Assembly: GCA_012517825.1 (NCBI GenBank)
Contig: JAAYUG010000111.1
Coordinates: forward strand, 4,948-68,947
Origin: Bacteroidales bacterium
GTDB lineage: Bacteria > Bacteroidota > Bacteroidia > Bacteroidales > JAAYUG01
Direction: 5' to 3'
Length of the DNA: 64,000 nucleotides
The notes under the pieces were generated by a model. That model did not search any database and was not told the origin of the DNA. It saw only the letters and a program-made list of their open reading frames with translations. Made by a program: the position numbers and the translations under genes. This document shows positions 30,798 to 40,466 of this stretch, piece by piece; position 1 is the first letter of the stretch; the number at the start of each line of letters is the position of its first letter.

Positions 30798-31406
30798 ATG
30801 GCACGATATACAGGTCCAAAAACAAAAGTTGCCCGTAGCATTGGTGAACCAATATTCGGTCCGGATAATCATTTCGACAAAAAAAACTATCCTCCCGGAC
30901 AACACGGTGTTAACAGAAAACGCAAAAAGCTCTCGGAGTATGGCGTTCAGCTGAAAGAAAAGCAGAAGGCAAAATATACTTACGGACTGCTGGAAAAGCA
31001 GTTTGCCCTGTTGTTCGAAAAGGCATCTGCCAGCAAAGGGGTAACCGGCGAAGTGCTGTTGCAATTGCTGGAGTCACGCCTCGACAATGTTGTATATCGT
31101 CTTGGTATTGCTCCCACACGTGCTGCAGCCCGTCAGCTGGTTTCGCACCGGCATATCCTCGTCAACGGGGAAATCGCCAACGTGCCGTCACGCCTGCTGA
31201 AGCCCGGAGATATCGTTGAAGTTCGTGAGAAATCCAAATCACTCGAAGTGATTACCAATTCCCTCGGCACCAATCGTCATGCCCAATATTCCTGGCTCGA
31301 GTGGGACAAAGACAAAATGGCCGGAAAGTTTCTCAACCTGCCCCAGCGCTCCGAAATCCCTGAAAATATCAAGGAACAGCTCATCGTTGAACTTTACTCA
31401 AAATAA
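30798..31406 (+). CDS. rpsD: 30S ribosomal protein S4
   Basis: [21 protein letters not shown]... Confidence 0.97.
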   Translation: MARYTGPKTKVARSIGEPIFGPDNHFDKKNYPPGQHGVNRKRKKLSEYGVQLKEKQKAKYTYGLLEKQFALLFEKASASKGVTGEVLLQLLESRLDNVVYRLGIAPTRAAARQLVSHRHILVNGEIANVPSRLLKPGDIVEVREKSKSLEVITNSLGTNRHAQYSWLEWDKDKMAGKFLNLPQRSEIPENIKEQLIVELYSK

Positions 31407-31424
31407 TATAATCATTAAGTACCT

Positions 31425-32417
31425 ATGGCTATTTTAGCTTTTCAGAGACCGGAAAAGGTGATCATGCTTCATGCAACTGACACCCACGGTCTTTTTGAAT
31501 TCCGGCCCCTTGAACCAGGGTACGGCATTACCATCGGAAATGCTTTGCGCAGAATCCTGCTTTCCTCCCTTGAAGGTTTTGCTGTTACCAGCATTAAAAT
31601 TGAGGGTGTGGAGCATGAATTCTCCACAATAACTGGTGTTATCGAAGATGTAACTGATATTGTTCTTAACCTGAAGCAAATACGGTTCAAACGCCTCGTA
31701 GAGGATACCGATCAGGAAAAAATCATGGTAACCATCTCAGGCCAGGATAAATTCAAGGCTGGCGATCTGAACCGCTTCCTTTCAGGATTTAAGGTTCTTA
31801 ATCCCGACCTGGTCATCTGCCGTATGGAACCCGATGTAAAACTGCAGATGGAAATGACCATCAGCAAAGGACGCGGGTATGTTCCTTCGGAAGAAAATAA
31901 ACCGGCCAATGCAGAATTCGGACTTATCGCCCTCGATGCGATCTTTACTCCCATTAAAAACGTAAAGTATTCGGTCGAAAATTACCGCGTTGAACAAAAA
32001 ACTGACTACGAAAAGCTCCTGATTGAGATTACTACCGATGGTTCCATTCATCCGAAGGAAGCATTGAAAGAAGCAGCAAAGATTCTGATCTATCATTTCA
32101 TGCTGTTCTCTGACGAAAAAATCACCATCGAAACCGAGGAAAAATACACCTCCGACGAATTTGACGAAGAAAGCCTCCACATGAGGCAGCTTCTGAAAAC
32201 CAAGCTGGTGGACCTTGACCTTTCAGTAAGGGCCCTCAATTGCCTCAAGGCTGCTGAGGTGGAAACGCTTGGCGATCTGGTAAAATACAATAAGAATGAC
32301 CTGCTGAAATTCCGCAATTTCGGAAAGAAATCGCTCACCGAACTGGATGAGCTTCTCGAAAGCATGGGTCTTACTTTTGGAATGGATGTTTCAAAATATA
32401 AATTAGACAAGGACTAA
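31425..32417 (+). CDS. rpoA: DNA-directed RNA polymerase alpha subunit
   Basis: 330 aa, ...[40 protein letters not shown]...; C-terminal domain with [22 protein letters not shown]. Confidence 0.97.
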   Translation: MAILAFQRPEKVIMLHATDTHGLFEFRPLEPGYGITIGNALRRILLSSLEGFAVTSIKIEGVEHEFSTITGVIEDVTDIVLNLKQIRFKRLVEDTDQEKIMVTISGQDKFKAGDLNRFLSGFKVLNPDLVICRMEPDVKLQMEMTISKGRGYVPSEENKPANAEFGLIALDAIFTPIKNVKYSVENYRVEQKTDYEKLLIEITTDGSIHPKEALKEAAKILIYHFMLFSDEKITIETEEKYTSDEFDEESLHMRQLLKTKLVDLDLSVRALNCLKAAEVETLGDLVKYNKNDLLKFRNFGKKSLTELDELLESMGLTFGMDVSKYKLDKD

Positions 32418-32421
32418 CATC

Positions 32422-32973
32422 ATGAGACACAGTGTTAAGACGAATCATCTGGGAAGAACGAGCGCCCACAGAAAGGCATTGCTCTCCAATCTGGCGGTTT
32501 CCCTGATCAAGGAGAAACGTATTGAAACGACACTGGCCAAGGCTAAGGAGCTTCGCACCTTTGTGGAACCACTTATTACACGTTCCAAGGAAGATACCAC
32601 CCACTCGCGGCGTATCGTTTTCAGCTACCTGAAGGATAAAGAAGCTGTTGCCGAACTTTTCCGTGAGGTAGCTCCAAAAATTGCCGACCGTCCGGGTGGA
32701 TATACACGAATTCTCCGCACCAGAAGCCGCGCCGGCGATAATGCTGATCTGTGTATGATTGAGCTGGTCGATTTCAACGAACTGTATACCAAGACGACCA
32801 AAGAAGCTGAAACGAAGCAGACCGGCAAGCGCAGAAGAAGAGGCTCAGGGAAAAAATCGGCTGAGGGAAAAGCTGCTGAAACCCAGGCACAAGCTCAGCC
32901 GAAGCCTGAAAAACCGGAGCAGTCTCCTGAAGAAAACACGGGAGAAAAGGAACAGACTCCATCCAACGAGTAA
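32422..32973 (+). CDS. rplQ: 50S ribosomal protein L17 with a K/E/Q/A-rich C-terminal extension
   Basis: [45 protein letters not shown]... A low-complexity tail of about 60 aa follows ([45 protein letters not shown]...). Confidence 0.95.
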   Translation: MRHSVKTNHLGRTSAHRKALLSNLAVSLIKEKRIETTLAKAKELRTFVEPLITRSKEDTTHSRRIVFSYLKDKEAVAELFREVAPKIADRPGGYTRILRTRSRAGDNADLCMIELVDFNELYTKTTKEAETKQTGKRRRRGSGKKSAEGKAAETQAQAQPKPEKPEQSPEENTGEKEQTPSNE

Positions 32974-32997
32974 GAAAGTATTCTTATTTTTCTTCAT

Positions 32998-33027
32998 AGC
33001 GGAAGGTGATTGGCCTTCCGCTTTTTT
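32998..33027 (+). terminator. Rho-independent terminator of the ribosomal superoperon
   Basis: AGCGGAAGG-TGATTGG-CCTTCCGCT followed by TTTTT, 25 nt after the rplQ stop. Confidence 0.85.
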
Positions 33028-33129
33028 AGTTTCGAATTGACGCAAAAACCCGCTGCAGGTAAATTTTCCCGGGAAATGTAATGTTGATATTTCAACCCGG
33101 ATCAAACAATAAGAGGTCAAATAAACCCT

Positions 33130-33156
33130 CATTGCGCATCAAAAAGCTGTGCAATG
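33130..33156. repeat. ATTGCGCA-N-TGCGCAAT hairpin family, member 1
   Basis: CATTGCGCA-TCAAAAAGC-TGTGCAATG (9-bp stem with one G-T position). Confidence 0.75.
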
Positions 33157-33265
33157 TACCTGGCGGGCATCCTTTGCTGTGTTTTAGCTGGGTTAGCCCT
33201 GCCGGTGTGAAATGTAAAAGCATCCCATCTGACCGGTTCTGCATGTTAAAATGCGGAATAAGGGT

Positions 33266-33273
33266 TACATTTG
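33266..33273 (+). promoter_or_regulatory. TAnnTTTG -7 box upstream of the UbiD-family gene
   Basis: TACATTTG lies 26 nt upstream of the ATG at 33299. Confidence 0.45.
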
Positions 33274-33298
33274 TAGATTCAGCATACCAAATTATGTT

Positions 33299-35197
33299 AT
33301 GTCAGGAGGTTTACTGACTTTTGCGGAAAAACTAAGAGCCGCAGGCGAGCTGGCAGAAATCAGGATTCCTGTTGATCCTGTGCTCGAAATTACAGAAATT
33401 ACTGACAGAATATCCAAGCTTCCTGGAGGGGGAAAGGCTCTTCTTTTTCATGATACCGGAACCCGTTTTCCTGTTTTGATCAATGCATTGGGCTCTGAGA
33501 GGAGGATGAGTATGGCATTATGCGCAGATTCGCTGGATGAAGCGGGTGAAAGGGTCAACAGGATGCTGAATATGGTTACCGGAATGATGGCACGTTCCTC
33601 GTTTTCCCGGCTCATAGCGCTTCCGGAAATTCTCAGAATGGCTTCCTGGATGCCGCGAAAGAAAAAGGGACGGGGAGCATGCCAGAAGCACGTCATGGAA
33701 AAGCCGGATCTGTCGGCATTGCCTGTTCTCAAATGCTGGCCCTATGACGGGGGAAGGTTCATAACCCTTCCAGTGGTCCATACGGTGCATCCGGATACCG
33801 GCCTGCGAAATGCAGGAATGTACAGAATGCAGGTCTTTTCTGCCGATACAACCGGTATGCACTGGCACAGGCATAAAACCGGTGCACAGCATTACTGTGC
33901 CTATAAAGAAAAGAAGGAACGGATGCCTGTTGCAGTTATTCTGGGAGGCGATCCGCTGTATGCCTATGCTGCCTCGGCTCCTCTTCCCGATGGCATTGAC
34001 GAATACCTGCTGGCCGGATTTCTGAGAAAACGCCGTGTGACGATGGTACGATGCCTCACTCAGGACATCTGGGTTCCGGAAGATGCTGATATTGTTATTG
34101 AAGGTTTTGTTGATCCCTCTGAGCCCAGCGTTACGGAAGGCCCTTTCGGCGATCATACGGGCTTTTATTCCCTGCAGGACCTTTACCCGCTGTTTCATGT
34201 TACCTGTATCACCTACCGTCAGGATGCGGTTTATCCGGCAACCATCGTAGGGATACCCCCACAGGAAGACTATTATATAGCAAAGGCAACCGAGCGGATA
34301 TTTCTTCCGCCGATCCGGTTTACCCTGCTTCCCGAAATAACGGATTTATCTTTGCCGGCTTTTGGTGTGGCTCATAACCTTGCTATTGTGTCGGTGAAAA
34401 AGTTCTATCCGGGACAAGCCTCAAAAATTGCAGGAGCTCTATGGGGCGCAGGACAAATGATGTTCAACAAATTCCTTGTGGTAGTTGATGAGAACGTTAA
34501 CGTGCATGACCTGCAGCAGGTTTTCCATGCATTGCTTTCCCATGTGCGGATTCCGGACGATCTGATCCGCCAGACCGGCCCCCTTGATGTGCTCGACCAT
34601 GCTGGAATCGGTGAAGCGTATGGAGGGAAACTTCTTCTTGATGCCACGGAAAAATTTCGTGAAGAATTAACTGCTGTCAGTCCGGCCCGGGAATTTTCAG
34701 AATTATCGGAAAATGCAGGGAATGCCGGAGCCCACGTAACCATTGTTCATACAATCAAGGCCGTCAGGATGATCATTACCGTTGCCGCGGTTGCCAAACC
34801 GCAGTGTTCGTTCAGGGAGGCTGTGGCGTGGATAAACGGCAGAATCCACAAGTCGGATGGTAAAACCCATATCATTATCATTACCGACCCGGGGACAGAA
34901 AATCTTCCGGCAGATCTTCTGTTGTGGTACATATTGGCTAACACTGATCCGGTGCGGGATATTGTTTTTTATCGCGGTACGGTTCCGGTTTTGGGTATTG
35001 ATGCCACCCGAAAATCAAAAAAAACGGATAAATTTGAACGAAAATGGCCGAATGTACTTATTATGAGTGACGAAATTATTCAGAGAGTTGACGAACGATG
35101 GAGTTTTTATGATACAGGTTCATTCATTCCTTCTCCCTCTCTAAAGGTAAGATCGCTTGGGGCAGGATATGGCCCTGAGGTTGTGTCGGAAGAATAA
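33299..35197 (+). CDS. UbiD-family (prenylated-FMN dependent) decarboxylase, long form
   Basis: MSGGLLTFAEKLRAAGELAEIRIPVDPVLEITEITDRISK...GPFGDHTGFYS...; 632 aa. Internal ATG of ORF 33251-35197. Confidence 0.85.
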   Translation: MSGGLLTFAEKLRAAGELAEIRIPVDPVLEITEITDRISKLPGGGKALLFHDTGTRFPVLINALGSERRMSMALCADSLDEAGERVNRMLNMVTGMMARSSFSRLIALPEILRMASWMPRKKKGRGACQKHVMEKPDLSALPVLKCWPYDGGRFITLPVVHTVHPDTGLRNAGMYRMQVFSADTTGMHWHRHKTGAQHYCAYKEKKERMPVAVILGGDPLYAYAASAPLPDGIDEYLLAGFLRKRRVTMVRCLTQDIWVPEDADIVIEGFVDPSEPSVTEGPFGDHTGFYSLQDLYPLFHVTCITYRQDAVYPATIVGIPPQEDYYIAKATERIFLPPIRFTLLPEITDLSLPAFGVAHNLAIVSVKKFYPGQASKIAGALWGAGQMMFNKFLVVVDENVNVHDLQQVFHALLSHVRIPDDLIRQTGPLDVLDHAGIGEAYGGKLLLDATEKFREELTAVSPAREFSELSENAGNAGAHVTIVHTIKAVRMIITVAAVAKPQCSFREAVAWINGRIHKSDGKTHIIIITDPGTENLPADLLLWYILANTDPVRDIVFYRGTVPVLGIDATRKSKKTDKFERKWPNVLIMSDEIIQRVDERWSFYDTGSFIPSPSLKVRSLGAGYGPEVVSEE

Positions 35198-35210
35198 GTA
35201 ATGCGGGTGT

Positions 35211-38200
35211 ATGAGAAAGGTGCCTGGATATTATCTCTTGCTTTTGTTTGGCATGCTGGTATGGACTGAAGCACTACCCGCACAGGTAGCAGATATGCCG
35301 AAAGCCGAACATTTTTCCACAGAGAACGGACTGAGCCAGGCACAGATAAATGCCATTCTGCAAGATGCTTACGGATTTCTGTGGATCGGCACACAGGATG
35401 GACTGAACCGGTATGATGGCAATAAATTTGTTCATTTTCAGCATCTTCCGTTTGATACTACGAGTCTTTCCAATAATTATGTACGAAGCATTACGGAAGA
35501 TCCGGACCATAATTTATGGATTGCCACTGATTACGGGCTTTGCGTTTTCAGAAGAAAGGAGAACAGAATTTCCTGTTTTTTTCACCAGGATGACAATCCC
35601 AACTCTCTTACCGCAAATCAGGTTTACGGAGTTTACTCCGATCGCAGGGGCGATATCTGGATAAAGACCGCAAATGCCATAGATCGTTTTGATCGAACGA
35701 CGGAAAGGTTTTATCATTTTCCTCATTTTAATGATCCCCAGAATTTCGTTACCGGATTGCAGAGTTATCCTATTCTTGAGGATGCAAAGGGCTTTCTTTG
35801 GTTTGGAAGCAAAGACGGTCTTTTCAGGATGGATTCCCTGCGCACCTCATTGGTTCGTTTTTCTTCTGCTCTGTCTGATCCGGGTTCTATAAGTAACAAC
35901 TATATCAGGGCGCTTTTTTTGGATCATTCAGGTAACTTATGGGTTGGAACCCGAAACGGACTTAACAGATTTGATTATTCATCCGGGAAATTTTTCCGCT
36001 ACTATCCTTCGGGCAGAACACTACCCTTGCCTGAAAATTCAGTGAATGCCATTACTGAAGATTATACAGGCCGGTTATGGCTTGGAACCGATAACGGCTA
36101 TCTGATATTTACCCCCGAAAAGGGAGTTGTTAAACAGGTAACCCAGGTGGAAGCAAACAGTCAGATGCGGACACTCCGCATGGTCACCGGGATATTTTCT
36201 GATTATACCGGCCTGATCTGGATTGGCAGTTTGGAAGGATTGTACAAGGTTTCTCCGTTTCCTCCTCGTTTTGGATTGATCAAAAGTCAGCAAACTTCCT
36301 ATCAGCCTTTGAGTTCGTATGATATCGGTTCCCTATTTGAAGATGATGATGGCCGTTTATGGATTGGTACATGGGGAGGAGGTTTAAATATTCTGGACAG
36401 AACGACAGGGAAAAATATTGTTTACTCAGAGAATAGTCCTGATCCGGCTCACAGGATCGGGAATAATTACATCCATGCGATCATCCGGTTATCCAACGGG
36501 GATATTCTGGTGGGTACGCAAAACGGAGCATTTATATATTCGGGAGGCCGGTTTGTTACCTTTTGCTCAAAATATGTTCAGAAGGCCTGCAAGGTTTTTA
36601 ACAACAACCGGATTTATGATATTACCGAGGACAGGTCGGGAAATATATGGTTTGCTACCGGTTACGGATTGTTCAGGTATGATCCGGACAGGCGTTCTGT
36701 TTTCAGTATCAGCCAGATTCCGCTAAAGAAGGGTATGCTAAGTCTGAACACCGTTTTTTCTGTAGCCGAGGATAAACCCGGGAATATCTGGTTTGGTACA
36801 GACAATGGATTGCTCTGTTATGAAAGATCAAGCGGATTGTACCGGCATTATATTGCATCAAGGAATCCTTCTGACAGCTCCATTTCGAGCAACTCGGTTT
36901 ATACTCTGTTTTATGATTCAAGGGGAATTCTGTGGATAGGCACGCAATCGGGTCTGAACCGTTACCTGGCTTCCCGTGACCGGTTCATTACCTATTCAAC
37001 AAAAGACGGATTGCCCAGCAACCTGATCTATGAAATTCTGGAAGATAAAAGGCATGCCATCTGGCTAAGTACCAATTATGGTATTGCCAGCTTCTTTCCT
37101 GATAGTACGGGTTTTTTCCGGTATGATCTGGCGGATGGATTGCAGAATTATGAGTTCAATCTGGGAGCTGCTTATTGCAGCCGAACAGGAGAGGTTTTTT
37201 TCGGGGGTATTTCAGGGCTGAATTTTTTTCATCCTGATTCCCTGATCCGTTCAGGAAAGGAGCCTAAGGTAAGGATAGGAGAGATTGAACTTGTTTACCG
37301 GAACGGGGCCATCCGGCGGATTTACGAGGCACCGGATGTTTTGGTCATCCCTCCTGAAGTAAAAGTTTTTCATATTGATTTTGCCGTTCTTGATTTTCAG
37401 AATCCTGTAAAGAACCGCTACGGTTATAAACTGGTCAGTTCAGGAGAAAAAGGCGAGTGGATTGATCTTCAGAACCGAAATACGGCCACATTTGCCAGTC
37501 TGTCACCGGGTCTGTATCAGTTTTCCCTGCGGGGTGCAAATGCTGAACAACAATGGAGTCGGGAGATTTACTCGATGCAGATCAAGGTACTGGCTCCCTT
37601 TTACCGGTCAACCACTGCCCTTGTCCTGTATGTTCTGCTACTGGGTGTTTTGATAGCCGGATTTATTAACTGGCGTACACGAAATCTCAGAATGTCGAAC
37701 AAAATTTTACTGGAACGGCACATTGATTCCTTGCGTATTGAAAAGCAGAGAAAAGAGCTTGAAATCAAAAACAAAGCGATTACTGACAGCCTCCGATATG
37801 CACAGCGCATACAATCTGCTCTCATGCCTTCCGAAAAAATGGTCAAAAAGATCTTTCCCGAATCGTTTATTTTTTTCAGGCCCAGAGATATTGTCAGCGG
37901 TGATTTTTACTGGATTCATCAGAAAAACGGAATTATCAGCATTGCCACGGTCGATTGCACCGGCCATGGTGTACCGGGTGCCTTTATGTCGATTATTGGA
38001 TATGAACTGCTTAGAACTGTCACCGGCCATCAATTTGTAAGCGATCCTGCCTGGGTGCTGAATGAACTGAATTCAGGACTTAGAAGCATTTTTGGAGATT
38101 CGGAGCATGTATCGCTGAAAGACGGAATGGATGTTTCTTTTGTTATCATAGAAAAGCAGAAACGAAAACTGCGTTTTGCCGGAGCCTTCAGTCCGCTCTT

Positions 38201-38540
38201 TATTGTGAGAAACGACAAAATTCTTGAGATTGACGGGGACCGTTTTTCGGTGGCATTGACTCAGGATACTGAAGATGTCAGGGAATTTCAGAGCCATGAA
38301 ATTGATCTTTTGCCCGAAGATGTTGTATATATGTTTTCTGACGGGTATGTTGATCAATTTGGCGGGCCCGAAGGCAAAAAGTTTAAATACCGCCGGTTCC
38401 GTTTTCTTCTCCTTAATATCTATCGACTGTCAATGGAGGAACAAAAGCGCATGCTTGAGAATACTTTTGATAACTGGAAGGGAGAAAACGACCAGGTGGA
38501 TGATGTGCTTGTAATTGGGTTCCGGCCGCTTTCGGAGTAA
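35211..38540 (+). CDS. Sensor protein: beta-propeller (Reg_prop-like repeats) + Y_Y_Y-like domain + TM + coiled coil + SpoIIE/PP2C phosphatase
   Basis: 1109 aa. Many repeats of the type ...D..G.LWIGT..GL.R.D... The TM segment is ALVLYVLLLGVLIAGFINW. The C-terminus has DIVSGDFYW...VDCTGHGVPGAFMS...SDGYVDQFGG...DDVLVIG (PP2C/SpoIIE-like). Confidence 0.75.
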   Translation: MRKVPGYYLLLLFGMLVWTEALPAQVADMPKAEHFSTENGLSQAQINAILQDAYGFLWIGTQDGLNRYDGNKFVHFQHLPFDTTSLSNNYVRSITEDPDHNLWIATDYGLCVFRRKENRISCFFHQDDNPNSLTANQVYGVYSDRRGDIWIKTANAIDRFDRTTERFYHFPHFNDPQNFVTGLQSYPILEDAKGFLWFGSKDGLFRMDSLRTSLVRFSSALSDPGSISNNYIRALFLDHSGNLWVGTRNGLNRFDYSSGKFFRYYPSGRTLPLPENSVNAITEDYTGRLWLGTDNGYLIFTPEKGVVKQVTQVEANSQMRTLRMVTGIFSDYTGLIWIGSLEGLYKVSPFPPRFGLIKSQQTSYQPLSSYDIGSLFEDDDGRLWIGTWGGGLNILDRTTGKNIVYSENSPDPAHRIGNNYIHAIIRLSNGDILVGTQNGAFIYSGGRFVTFCSKYVQKACKVFNNNRIYDITEDRSGNIWFATGYGLFRYDPDRRSVFSISQIPLKKGMLSLNTVFSVAEDKPGNIWFGTDNGLLCYERSSGLYRHYIASRNPSDSSISSNSVYTLFYDSRGILWIGTQSGLNRYLASRDRFITYSTKDGLPSNLIYEILEDKRHAIWLSTNYGIASFFPDSTGFFRYDLADGLQNYEFNLGAAYCSRTGEVFFGGISGLNFFHPDSLIRSGKEPKVRIGEIELVYRNGAIRRIYEAPDVLVIPPEVKVFHIDFAVLDFQNPVKNRYGYKLVSSGEKGEWIDLQNRNTATFASLSPGLYQFSLRGANAEQQWSREIYSMQIKVLAPFYRSTTALVLYVLLLGVLIAGFINWRTRNLRMSNKILLERHIDSLRIEKQRKELEIKNKAITDSLRYAQRIQSALMPSEKMVKKIFPESFIFFRPRDIVSGDFYWIHQKNGIISIATVDCTGHGVPGAFMSIIGYELLRTVTGHQFVSDPAWVLNELNSGLRSIFGDSEHVSLKDGMDVSFVIIEKQKRKLRFAGAFSPLFIVRNDKILEIDGDRFSVALTQDTEDVREFQSHEIDLLPEDVVYMFSDGYVDQFGGPEGKKFKYRRFRFLLLNIYRLSMEEQKRMLENTFDNWKGENDQVDDVLVIGFRPLSE

Positions 38541-38541
38541 C

Positions 38542-40275
38542 TTACTTAGTTGCCAGCAGGGTACTCATCTTTTGAATCAGAACTTCAATCTGAAAAGGCT
38601 TGGCAATATAATCGTTCATTCCGGCTGCAATGCATACTTCCTTGTCACCTGACAGGGCATTGGCGGTTATGGCAATAATGGGGGTGAAGGATCCGGCAGA
38701 TGATTCAATTTCCCTTATTTTACGGGTTGCTACAATACCATCCATTACCGGCATCTGGATATCCATCAGTATCAGATCGTATTTGTTGCTGCCGAATTTA
38801 TCGAGCGCTTCTTTTCCATTATTCGCCACATCGATGGTTTTTACGATTTTTTTCAGACTGAGCTGAATAATCTTCTGATTGATAAGATTATCTTCCACAA
38901 GGAGAACGCTGGCGTCCTTCAGCTCAACAGCCTTTTTTACGGGAACCTTAACGGCCGGCTTTCCTTTGGCAGGCAATGGTTCGGCAATGAGTTTCCCTGC
39001 CCTGCGGAAACGCATCTCAAATGAGAAGAGCGTATACTGGGTTGTATTGTTGATTTCCAGCTTTCCTCCGGCTGTCTGAATCAGTTTTCTTGCAATGGTG
39101 AAATCCAGTATTTCCGTTTCGGCAACCGTTGTTTCTCCTGTTATTTCGCGGTAGTCAATATTTTCCTGATCCGAAATGAACCGCAAAGGCATTAAGGTTG
39201 TCTTGACCTCAAATGCAGGGATGATAAACTCTTCGGTTTCTTTTCCTGCTTTTACACGGACTTCTATCTCTGCTTTGCGGTTTCCATGGAACTTGACAAT
39301 GTTATCAATGAGGTTCAGAAAAACCTGTTTCACCCGCACAGGAGCTCCTGTAAGATTTCTGGGCAATTTGGGATCGAAGTGCAAAACAATCTCCAGGTTG
39401 TCGTCTTTTTTAAAAAGGTTAAGTGTGCTCGAAATCGTATTGTAGAGGTCAAAGGTGATCTGATAATCTTTTTTCTCAGAGAACTCAATGCTAGAGACTT
39501 TTGCTATGCTGTTTACAACATTGGCAAGATTGCTGGTGGAGGCGATGATGGTATCGAGCAGATCCCTCTGCGCTTCATCCAGAGAAGAATCTTCAAGCAG
39601 TTCGCTGATTACCATTATATTGTTCAGGGGTGTGCGGATTTGATGGGACAATTTCGAAATGAACTCATCTTTGGACCGGTTTTGGTTGCGCGCTGACAGC
39701 ATTTCCCTTTCCATCCGGGAATAATAGTCAATCCGCAGGTATTCATAGAATAAAAGAAATGCCCACACACTGAGCATGGATGCAAGCGCCCTGAAAGCAA
39801 AAGGAAGTGGGAAGGGATGCGGCAAAAAGGAAGGGCCCGGAAAAATGCAAAGAAGGAAGATAAGAACAGTAAACCCTCCGGTGACATAACTTCCTTTCCG
39901 TGGGCCGAGGAGAAGAACGGTAAGAACAGGATAGACCGGCAGCCATATCAGTCCTGTGCCTTTTGTTCCTCCCGTGATACTTAGGAATAATAAAAGAAGT
40001 GTGGATGATGCAACAAAAATAATGGATGACAGGGAGTAATTTTTTGTTTTCCGAAGATAGAAGAATGTTCCGGCAAGGATTAATGCCAGGGCTATAAGGA
40101 AACCCCCGATCAGAAACAATTTATTAAAGAAAGCAATCAGGCCGAAAAGGAAGGTAAGAAGAAAGCCTATTGAAATAAAAGCCTGATTGAGAATGATTTT
40201 ACGTGTCTGATCCTCTTCCCCCGGTATAACGCCGGTACGTTCCAGGGCAGCAATAATATGATCCAAAAATTTCAT
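38542..40275 (-). CDS. Hybrid sensor histidine kinase/response regulator with multi-TM N-terminus and degenerate HATPase boxes
   Basis: 577 aa, about 6-7 TM helices. H-box SKLSHQIRTPLNNI and N-box-like QVFLNLIDNIVKF are present. No recognisable DxGxG or GxGxG boxes. The REC domain is intact (VLLVEDNLINQK...DLILMDIQMPVMDG...AITANA). Confidence 0.75.
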   Translation of the reverse strand: MKFLDHIIAALERTGVIPGEEDQTRKIILNQAFISIGFLLTFLFGLIAFFNKLFLIGGFLIALALILAGTFFYLRKTKNYSLSSIIFVASSTLLLLFLSITGGTKGTGLIWLPVYPVLTVLLLGPRKGSYVTGGFTVLIFLLCIFPGPSFLPHPFPLPFAFRALASMLSVWAFLLFYEYLRIDYYSRMEREMLSARNQNRSKDEFISKLSHQIRTPLNNIMVISELLEDSSLDEAQRDLLDTIIASTSNLANVVNSIAKVSSIEFSEKKDYQITFDLYNTISSTLNLFKKDDNLEIVLHFDPKLPRNLTGAPVRVKQVFLNLIDNIVKFHGNRKAEIEVRVKAGKETEEFIIPAFEVKTTLMPLRFISDQENIDYREITGETTVAETEILDFTIARKLIQTAGGKLEINNTTQYTLFSFEMRFRRAGKLIAEPLPAKGKPAVKVPVKKAVELKDASVLLVEDNLINQKIIQLSLKKIVKTIDVANNGKEALDKFGSNKYDLILMDIQMPVMDGIVATRKIREIESSAGSFTPIIAITANALSGDKEVCIAAGMNDYIAKPFQIEVLIQKMSTLLATK

Positions 40276-40343
40276 GTCCCGAATCCAATTCCTTCAACCT
40301 GCTAAAATTATAAAATAATCTAATAAAACCTTCCTTTCGTCAT

Positions 40344-40415
40344 AAAATCTGCCTGGTTTTTCATTGACTTACTGAACAGGTTACAGGATTACGAAGGAAA
40401 AAACAGGCAGATTTT
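40344..40415. promoter_or_regulatory. Long inverted repeat in the divergent intergenic region
   Basis: AAAATCTGCCTG (40344-40355) pairs perfectly with CAGGCAGATTTT (40404-40415). The stem extends through TTTTT/AAAAA. The loop is about 36 nt. A near-consensus -7 box, TACTTTTA, follows at 40417-40424. Confidence 0.4.
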
Positions 40416-40466
40416 GTACTTTTACGGAACAGTTTTTGCATACAGCAGAAACAGGCACTTTGGATT

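Noticed and set aside
33518-34198. 226-aa minus-strand ORF
   Set aside because: It lies antisense within the UbiD-family gene and has no motifs.
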